Shown piece after piece: positions 36,831 through 45,689 of a DNA stretch of 64,000 nucleotides. The notes under the pieces are model-generated. The model did not search any database. It worked only from the letters and a program-made list of their open reading frames with translations, and had not been told where the DNA came from. This DNA is from Hypanus sabinus. Its lineage: Eukaryota. The translations under genes and the position numbers were made by a program. Within the stretch, counting starts at the first letter, position 1; each line of letters begins with the position of its first letter. The stretch spans positions 16,244,001 to 16,308,000 of the forward strand of contig NC_082731.1 of the NCBI RefSeq assembly GCF_030144855.1, in the 5' to 3' direction.

Positions 36831-37432
36831 GCACACAAAAAAATGCTGCAGGAACCCAGCAGCCCGGGCCGCATCGACTGGAAAAAGTAAGCAGCCGACG
36901 TTTCGGGCCGGGACTCTTCATGGAGACGGGAGAAAAACGATGAGAAGTTACAGCAAGAGAGTGGGGGGGGGGGGGGAAGAAGTACAAGGTGGTAGGTGGT
37001 AGGTTGAACCGGGAGGGGGAGAGGGGTGAAGGAAAGAGCCGGGAAGTTGATAGGGGAAAGAGATAAAAGGCTGGAGAAGGGCAAGTCTGATGGGAGTGGG
37101 TAGAACACCATGGAGGAAATGGAAAAGAAAGGAGCACCAGAGGGAGGTGTTGGCAGGTAAGGAGAAAGGGTGAGAGAGGGGAATGGTGAAGGGATGGAGG
37201 TAATTAACAGGTTAGAAAAATCAATGTTCATGCCATCATGCTGGAGACTTCCCAAGTGGAATATAAAGTTTTGCTCCTCCAAACTGAGTGTGGCCTCATC
37301 GTGGCAGTAGAGGAGGCCATGGAATGATGTGTCGGAATGGGAATGGGAAATAGAATTGAAATGGGTGGCCACTGACAGGTCCCACTTTTTCTGGTGGACG
37401 AAGTGTAGGTGCTCCGCAAAGAGGTCTCCCAA
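36831..37432 (-). mobile_element. Penelope-like element 3' portion (GIY-YIG endonuclease C-terminus plus degenerate hammerhead)
   Basis: GDLFAEHL..VATHFNS..H..HGLLYC.DEATL.LEEQ.FIFHLGSLQHDGMNIDFS; GAAACGTC box kept but CUGAnGA box broken. Confidence 0.8.
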
Positions 37433-37464
37433 ACCACGCCATCTATTTCAATCCCAACATAGAT

Positions 37465-37660
37465 TTTTGACTGAGTATATCATTTCCTACACACGGACAA
37501 ATAAATGGCCTCTCCCCAGTGGGAATTCATAAATATACAGTATGCTTGAATGGATTCCTTCCTACAAATGGAGCAACTGAATGGCCTCTCACCAGTGTGA
37601 ACTTGCCAGGGTATCTGCAGGTGTGATAGCCAAGTGAAACATTTCCAAAATGAGAGCACC
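37465..37660 (-). pseudogene. Degenerate C2H2 finger remnant
   Basis: [29 protein letters not shown] followed by a frameshifted finger. Confidence 0.75.
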
Positions 37661-37664
37661 TCAC

Positions 37665-38180
37665 GGACATCAACTCCGGCGATTGAACCAAGCCAGAATG
37701 AAACCCAGAGGAATGAGATCCCCTCTCCCCAGCAGCTTGCTAGCAAATGTGCAGTCGCTGCAGAGCAAAACTGAGACCTCAAGGTTACTGTATCAGAGGG
37801 CAATGAGAGATTGTTGTGGTCTATGTTTGACCAAGACATGTCACCAAAATGTTACTACCAACATGCCAGATACAGCGATTCACAGGATGGATCAATCTGC
37901 TGATTCAGAAAAGGCAAAAGGTGGATGTGTCTGTTTCATGATTAACTCTCTGTGCTGGTCCGATGTGGCAGTTTTGTTGAACTTGTGTTCTCCTGACGTA
38001 TTATGACCAAATGCCATCTGATCTATTTACCTCACATACCTTTACCTCCCAGAGTGTACTTACCACCAGTGGCCAACTTGATGCCATCTCCAAACAGGAA
38101 ACAGTTAATCCTGACACATTTCAAATCATAGTTGGGGTCTTCAACCAGACTTGTTTGAAGAAATCCCTGTCCATTATAAA
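37665..38180 (+). mobile_element. Rex1/Babar LINE endonuclease N-terminal remnant
   Basis: PLPSSLLANVQSL..RDCCGLCLTKT..KAKGGCVCFMIN..CSPD. Confidence 0.75.
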
Positions 38181-39385
38181 CCCACTGACTCCCACAGCCA
38201 CCTGGACAATACGTCTTCCCGCCCTGTCACTTGTAAAAATGCCATCTCCTTCCCTCAATTATTTTGTCTCCATGCTTCTGCTCTCAGGATGAAGCCTTTG
38301 ATTCCAGAACTAAGGAGATGTCCTCCTTCAAAGAAAGCGGCTTCCCTTCCTCCACCATCAGCGCTGCCCTCAAGCACATCTCTTCCATTTCGCACATGTC
38401 TGCCCTCACCCCATCCTCCCACCACTCTACTAGGGATAGGCTCTGTATCCAGCACATAATTCTCTGCAGCATCCAGCATCTTCAACGGGCTCCCACCAGC
38501 AAGCACATCTTGCCCTCCCCACCACTTTCTGCTTTCCGCAGGGATCACTCCCTTGTACATCTGTCCCGTGCCACTGATCCTTGCAACGAATCAAGTGCTA
38601 CACCTCCTCCCTCACTACCATTCAAGGCCCCCACACAGTCCTTCCAGATGGGGGCCAAACTTCACCCGTGATCCTGTTAGGGTCATCTACTGTACTCAGC
38701 GCTCCTGGTGTGATCTCCTGTGAACCAGTGAGACTAGGAAACACTTTTGCCGAGACCTGCGCTCCATCCGCCAGAGAAACTGGGGTCTTCCAGTGGCCAC
38801 CCATTTTAACTTTGCATCCCATTCCCATTCTGCCATGCCAGTCCATGGCCTCCTCTACTGCGCGATGAGCCCTCAGTTGTTGGAAAAGCAACACCTTATA
38901 TTCCGTCTGGCTAGCCCCTAACCTGATGGCATGAACATTGATTTCTCAAACTTCCGTTAACGTCCCCTCCCCCTCTCCTTTACCATTCCCCATCTCCGTC
39001 CCCCTTCTCACCTTATCTCCTTACCTGATCATCACCTCCCTCTGGTGCTCCTCCCCCTTTCTTTTCTTCCATAGCCTTCTGCCCTCTCCTATCAGATTCC
39101 TCCTTCTCCAGCCCTGCATCTCTATCACCAATCAATTTCCCAGGTCTTGACTCCCCCTTCGGCCCCAACCCACCTTCTGATTCTGACTCCTCATCTTTTT
39201 CCTCCAGTTCAAATGAAGGATATCCTAGTGGCCACCCATTTTAATTCTACTTCCCATTCCCAATTTGACACGTCAGTCCATGGCTGTGATGAGGTTACAC
39301 TCGGGTTGGAGGGGCAGCACCTTATACTCCATCTGGGTAGCCTCAAACCTGATGGCAGGAACATCGATGTCTCGAGCGTCTGGTA
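38180..39385 (+). mobile_element. Penelope-like element remnant (post-RT region, GIY-YIG region, duplicated 3' segment)
   Basis: PTDSHSHLD, MSSFKESGFPSSTI, ATHFN..SH.., LGSLKPDG.NID peptides; the endonuclease end occurs twice (38790-38960 and 39225-39380). Confidence 0.75.
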
Positions 39386-39750
39386 CTTGCCCCCAGATGT
39401 TCCAGGGTTGCGTGAAGAACCAACGAGATGGCACCTGCTGTGGACCTGTCGTGCCGGGAAACAAATCGGGGCAGATCACAGTCGCTTTTCAGACAGGGTT
39501 TGCTATGTTTCACCACCAGCCCCTCAAAACGCTTCATCCCCGTGGGTGTATGTGTTACTGGATGATCATCACTGAGGCTTTTAAGCACCATGTTTCTTTT
39601 TAGGAATTGGTGAAAGTGAAGCCTGCTCGAAGCAGGTGGGTACCTCAGACTGCCAAAGCGACAGGTTGAAGATCTCAGTGAACACTCCAGCCAGTTGATC
39701 AGCACAGGTCTCTAATACTTGGCCAGGTACCCTGTCCAGGCCGGACGTTC
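39385..39750 (-). mobile_element. Rex1/Babar RT fragment
   Basis: LSDDHPVTHTPTGMKRFEGLVVKH resembles the LNDYRPVALTSxxMKCFERLV motif. Confidence 0.6.
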
Positions 39751-39836
39751 ACGTTTTCTACCACATGCAAGTAAGTAAACACACCCAGGGTATAAATGCC
39801 ATGAAGGTCAGAATCAGGTTTAATATCACCATCTTG

Positions 39837-39975
39837 GGATGGCACGTTAGCATAGTGGTCAGCACGACATTTTACAGTTCCAGAAACGCAGGTTTCATTC
39901 CCGTGGATTATCGGGGGTTACTGTGCTGTGAGGCTCGAAGGCCTATTCCACGCTGTATCTCAATAAATTAATAAA
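39837..39975 (+). mobile_element. Deleted tRNA-derived SINE
   Basis: ggcacgttagcatagtggtcagc (A-box-like) ... ggtttcattccc (B-box-like); AATAAA-type tail. Confidence 0.5.
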
Positions 39976-40510
39976 TGGGTTCACCCACTTGAAAGATGTT
40001 CCGTCGTCAGCCTCCGAGACTGAGATCACTGGGCTATGTGAAGGAATTTCGTTGCATTCTGAAGCAGAGAGGCAGTGGTTCCAAACCGTGTTCCATATAT
40101 TTGTTTGTGTGTTCCCCTACCCTGAATATGCATTTCTCATTCTCTGTTTTGTCCACTTCACATCATCCCTTATTGAAGAGACAGGCATTGTTTTCACAAA
40201 TATCTATCAATCAATATTGTCCATGTTGAAAACACAATAAAAACACTCAATATGATAACTATGAGAAAATAAAACAGGAACAGAATTAGTCCTCTGGATA
40301 CATTCAATCTTTGGTGATAACTCTTTCCTCTCAACCCTCTTCTCCCGCCTTCTCTCTGTAACTTCTGACACCCTTACAAATCAAGCAGCTATCAACCTTT
40401 ACTTTAAATATATGCAATGATGGCCTCTTCAGTGTGGTAAGGGATGGTGGCAAGATCACGGGAGGCTGATAGGGAACAATTTCAAAACTGGATGAGACAG
40501 AAGAGAAATA

Positions 40511-40725
40511 ACAACACACAAAATGCTGGTGGAACACAGCAGGCTAGGCAGCATCTATAGGGAGAAGCACTGTCGACGTTTCGGGTTGAGACCCTTCGTC
40601 AGGACTAACCAAAACGTCAACAGTGCTTCTCCCTATAGATGCTGCCTGGCCTGCTGTGTTCTACCAGCATTTTAATGTGTGTGTTGTTTGAATTTCCAGC
40701 ATCTGCAGATTTCCTCGTGTTTGCT
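40511..40725. mobile_element. Fold-back mini Penelope-derived element with an intact hammerhead core (40572-40605, minus)
   Basis: ~65-bp inverted arms; gtc-CTGACGA-agggtctcaaccc-GAAAC-GTC-gac; TSD CAGAAGAGAAATA/CAGAAGAGGAATA at 40498-40510 and 40726-40738. Confidence 0.8.
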
Positions 40726-41272
40726 CAGAAGAGGAATAGTTTTGTTTGCAGCAATTAATGTCAGACGTGTGAATTTAATCATATTTAAAGAGCTCTTTGA
40801 TACGTAGCGTGTCTGTAAGTGGAATTCGGGTAACCCAGTGACTCCCTGTTTGTGTTAGTCGCCCAATGTCATTATGTCTGTGTGCACTTCTGTGAGTTTC
40901 ACCTTCCTGAACAGAACCTGTCTGTTTCTCAGTGAACTTCTCTCTCCTGGTGAACGCACTTGTATGTCTGTAAACGGTTCAATGACCCACCTTTCTCCTG
41001 TGTTTTCTCTCTGTCTGTGTGTGTGTGTGAGAGAGAGAGATTCTCTCTCTATCTATCTATCTAAACCTCTACCTGTTAATGTTTGTTTCTGTACCTGTGA
41101 GTTTNNNNNNNNNNNNNNNNNNNNNNNNNNNNNNNNNNNNNNNNNNNNNNNNNNNNNNNNNNNNNNNNNNNNNNNNNNNNNNNNNNNNNNNNNNNNNNNN
41201 NNNNNNNNNNNNNNNNNNNNNNNNNNNNNNNNNNNNNNNNNNNNNNNNNNNNNNNNNNNNNNNNNNNNNNNN

Positions 41273-41500
41273 ATGTCGATCCCTGTCCATCTCTCTGCAT
41301 ATTACCTCACTCCCTCCGGAGGACAAATAGAACATGACTCCACTGTCACTGAGTGTGTGCTGGCCCTACCGGAACCCAAGTGCAGAGGAACGACAGACTC
41401 CGATCTAGAGATGGCAGAGTTTATTCATAATAATTCCAAAAGGACATCAATGGCTTGGCCGAGCGACTCTGCGGAAAGTAACATTCTATAAACTAGGACC
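41273..41500 (+). mobile_element. Possible highly decayed Gypsy integrase fragment
   Basis: SAYYLTPSGGQIE and LEMAEFIHNNS resemble SAYHPQSxGQxE and LxxAEFAYNNS. Confidence 0.3.
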
Positions 41501-42999
41501 CCACGATTAGCTCTAATCAGGCGTCTGCTTAAGTGATACATTTGACACAGAGTCTTCCGGCCTATCAAATAAAACATAACAAGCTCAAACAAAAAGCACC
41601 AGGAGACCGCATCAGAAAGAGCGAGACACTGGAGAAAAACACAATGAACTCTAAGTGATTAACAACTCGTTAAGCAGCAATTGATCGATTAAAATGCTCT
41701 GAAAACCTTAGCGCCCCAACGCGCTCCGGCACCATGCTCGATGCAGTACCCCCATCGTCATGACCAGCACCTGACGGCCCAGGGACACCTGAGATCCAGG
41801 CACATCTCGAAAAAGCTGGGGAACTCGAGAGGGAAGCATAGAGAACCTCGAGAAGGACCCTCCAGACTGTCAGTGAAGACTTGGGGACTTCGAGAGACGA
41901 GGGCCCAGGGAACCCCTACAGACAAGGAACCTACAGAAAATCCTGGCAATTCCAGACAATGTTACTCACTCTCTGCGAGCCACCCTGGCTGAGCAAGGGA
42001 GCACTTCTTCTAATGGACTACAACAACTGCGCTGTATGAGGTCATTCTTACCCTCGGCCATTGGCTCTTTAATGAGTCAACCTACAGCCGGGGAAATGAT
42101 GACCCCTCCTGTTTGACTGTTCGAGGTAACTTATTTTTTTATTCTTTCTTACTTCTCTTCTAATATTTGCCTATCTGTGCACTTGTAATGTTACTGTGGC
42201 ATTGTAATTTCCTTTGGAATCAATAAAGTATCTATATATCTATATATTTACTGTAATTCACATTTTCATTGTTATGTATTGCGTTCCACTGCTGCTGCAA
42301 AGACAACAAATTTCACAAGATATGCCGGTGATATAAAATCTGATTCTAATTCACAGAGATGTCACAGGATGGGAGCTGACCACTCAGCCCATCCAACCTG
42401 TTTGCACACTTGGCACAACAATCTCTTCCTTTCCAGTAAATTATCGCCCCTCCACAGCCCAACCCACTGTCATTCCGAGTTCTCACTACTGAGTCCCGAC
42501 ACTCACTGCCCGAGTCCCATTGACCCGACCGCCTGAGAACTGAGCTTCCCACTCTAATCTCTCTCAGTCCCTTACCCAATTTAAACTCTCCCCACACCCT
42601 GGGTGATGGTGGATAGATTCTCCCGTGAGGAGGGACTAAGCAGACCAGGCCTGTAGCCTCTGGAGTTGTGAGAAGATGTCATTGTGAATCCTCCACAAGC
42701 TCGACAGGTTCAATGGGGTGGAGGTGTCTCCCCCGACGGAATTGTTTCATTTGAGGGGGAGGGCCTGTCAGACTAAGACGTCAGCCATTGACGATGGAGA
42801 CGGGGAGAAATCTAGAGAGAGATGAATCTCTGGTGACCATTGAGAGGGTAGGATGGGTGGGGAGGGGTCCTCTGAATATTAAAGGAACTGAAGGACAAGG
42901 TTATAGAGTCATTGAGTCAGAGAGCAGGCTGCTTGGCCCATCTAGTCCATTAGCCTAGTCCCACTGACCTGCATCTGGACCATAATTTTCCATTCTATT

Positions 43000-43277
43000 A
43001 TAGGCATCTGTTAGTTTCATGAGACCATGGATTCTCAGGCCTGGGCAGGGTTGTATGGGAGACCGGCGGTTGCCCAAGCTGCAGGCCTTCCCCTCTCCAC
43101 GTCACCGATGTTATCCAAGGGAAGGGCACTAGGACCCAAGCAGCTTGGCACCGGTGCAGAGCAATGTGTGGTTGAGCCTTGTTCAAGGACACAACACGCT
43201 GCCTCAGCTGAGGCTCGAACCAGAGACCTTCAGATCACTAGACCTGATGCCTTATCCACTAGGCCACGCACCAACAC
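43000..43277 (-). mobile_element. tRNA-derived SINE
   Basis: A box TGGCCTAGTGG and B box GGTTCGAGCC, then a CORE-like GTGTCCTTGAACAAGG segment. Confidence 0.75.
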
Positions 43278-43313
43278 AAACCCTCCATTCACAATCTTGT
43301 GATCTGGCAAGGC

Positions 43314-43344
<31 letters not shown>

Positions 43345-44654
43345 GACGCGTGGGAGCAGGAGTCACGTGACGCGTCGCAGCAGCTTGGGCTGGAAGTGAA
43401 GTGGGATGGTGTTAGATCGTGGGATCGTGGGGTGGGGGGGGGACTGGCCATCACTCTGAAGAGCAGATACAAAGCCCCTCAGGGCAGTCATGACCGGCAG
43501 TGGCGGGTTGGGCTGGAAAGGAAGCGGGATCGCGGCTCATGGTCAAGAACCACCAGATTCTCTGCCCAACCTCAGACCCGAAGCAAATCCACCACCACCT
43601 GCTCAACCCCTAGACCTCAGGACCAAGGGGTCCACCTTTACGCCTAATCCCACCGCCCAACCTCCCTCCCCATCAGCTGAGGACCTGCTGTTCATAAGCA
43701 CATCCCCAACAACCCTATCCCTGGGCATTGATACTGAATACCGGGGACCTGGCCCCACGCCACTAACTAACACCCACCCTCTGAGACATAAATTCACGCC
43801 CCCCCACCACACACATACACACACACACACACACAATTCGACCCCACCCCCGGGACCGGATTCTCACCGTTCATGCCTCTGAGTTTCCAATCCCATTAAC
43901 CCCACTGCCTGGGAACTGATCTTTCCACTCTAATCTCCCTCTGTCCCTTTCCCAGTTTAAAATCTCCCCACACCCAGCTCCCTCAGCCCCTGCCCATCGC
44001 TGACTCTATGCCACCACGTGGGGCTACAGGCACTGGGCCACGTTGGCAGGGGTTCCGACTAACACTTTCCAGCTGCCGCCACGGGCGTTCCAGGTGAAGG
44101 CTGCGGACAGAGCATAACCGAGTGCCGGGTTGCGCGGTGGGAAAATCCCCGTCCCCGGTCTGGGGTGATCAGGCTCCCGGCTAGCACAGCCGCAGATCCC
44201 GCCGTGAGCAGACACGGACTGAAAGTCTCCCAGCATCCCAATTACAGGCAAACCCCCTACGGGCAAGCCTGGCCCAACTCAGCTTCTGGGTGTGGTGACA
44301 GGCAACCCGTTTAACTCTGTAAACCTGGTCTCAGCTTCAAGCGACCCCCGTGAACAAGCGCAGTTACAGCCGCTCCCGATCTCAGCCGCAGGTAAACACA
44401 TCGACTGTGTCACCATGTATCCCCGGGCCCCAGCTACGGTAAAACATTACCCAACTCAGCTACAGTAAACCCTGAGTGAACGCGACTGAATGTGCCTCTC
44501 AGCTACAGACAACCCTGCTTCCTCCCCTCCGATCTCACCACCTCAGTCAGATCCCTCCTAACACACCCCTCCCCTCTTCCCACAGGTCTGGTCAAAGAGG
44601 TACGTTTCCCTGGCGCACACCCCCGGTGTCTGTCTCCCTCCCTCCCTCACCTAC

Positions 44655-44787
44655 CTATCAGGTAGTTGCATTGCCTGTGGAAGACTCGGACAACGCCGAT
44701 CTCAAGCTGGGCCGAGAGGTAGAGGGAGAATCGAGGCCTGGAGGTGTTGGGGTAGGGCGGCAGGACCTGTATCTGACTGTCTGTCTA
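44655..44787 (-). pseudogene. rec8: Orphan frameshifted exon of meiotic cohesin REC8 (N-terminal kleisin domain)
   Basis: Translates to QVLPPYPNTSRPRFSLYLSAQLEIGVVRVFHRQCNYLI versus recalled human REC8 RVQPPQPGLPRPRFSLYLSAQLQIGVIRVYSQQCQYLV; acceptor CCCTGCAG and donor G|GTAGGT. Confidence 0.85.
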
Positions 44788-45284
44788 CTGCAGGGAGATG
44801 AACAGAGGGTCACAGCAGCTGGTGGGCGGGGTGGGAAGGGGAGTGTGAGGCGGAGAACGCCGATCTGGACGCGGCTGTCCCAGGAGTGACCTGCAGCAGG
44901 AGACCTAGGGAAGTATAAATAGTTCCCTGGGATGCAATGAGGGAACACGTGGATATACGAGGGGTAGAAGGAGTCCATTTTCGTAGAAGGGGTGGGGAGG
45001 GGCTTTCAGGGGAGAGGCGGAAAGGGGGAAGTGTATGAGCAGAGTTTGTGGGTTCTAAATCAGTCAGTGCATTGCGGGGAGAAGGCAGGAAAATGTGGTC
45101 GAGAGGGATTATAAATCAGCAATGATGGAAAGCCGGTGCGACCCGACGGGCTGAATGGCCTAACCCTACTCCTGTGTCTTAAGGTCCGGGTGTTGGATAG
45201 AGCTCTACAGCTCACGAACAGGGGTAAAGGTGGCGGGGAGGGGGGAGCAGGGGGGTGGAAGTGCGCGACGCAGAGACTGACGGT

Positions 45285-45680
45285 AAACACAAAAGTTCAC
45301 TGCAGATGCTGTGGTCAAATCAAGACGTATAAAAACGCTGGAGAAACTCAACAGGTCGGGCAGCATCGAATTCTCCAACTTTCGGTAATGCCCTCCCTCT
45401 CCCTTCCCCCATCCCACCTTCACTCTGCCTCCTTCTCCAGCTGCCTCTCACCTCTCATGACTCTGCCTTCTTCTACTACCCATAGTGCTTAAGATTCCTG
45501 CTTCACCTCTCCTGCCTATCCCCTCCCCCACCCCTTGATCTTTGCTCTGATTGGTTTTCCACCCTCCCCCCACCTGCCCCCTCCTTCTTCAGTCCTGACG
45601 AAGGGTTTCGACCCGAAACGTCGACTGCTCCTTTCCACGACCTGCTGCCCGACCTGCTGAGTTCCTCCAGCTTGTTTGTA
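45285..45680 (+). mobile_element. Penelope-derived element with an inverted 5' segment
   Basis: Inverted ctggagaaactcaacaggtcgggcagc arm, end of the GIY-YIG ORF (FSNFR*), pyrimidine-rich UTR and hammerhead. Confidence 0.75.
45590..45627 (+). ncRNA. Minimal type-I hammerhead ribozyme motif (best copy)
   Basis: Stem I CAGTC/GACTG; CTGACGA 45595-45601; stem II GGGT-TTCG-ACCC; GAAA 45615-45618; loopless stem III AC/GT; GTC cleavage triplet ending at 45622. Confidence 0.8.
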
Positions 45681-45689
45681 TGTCAGAGA

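Noticed and set aside
43205-43277. tRNA gene
   Set aside because: A/B boxes are present but there is no proper acceptor stem, and the sequence continues into a SINE body
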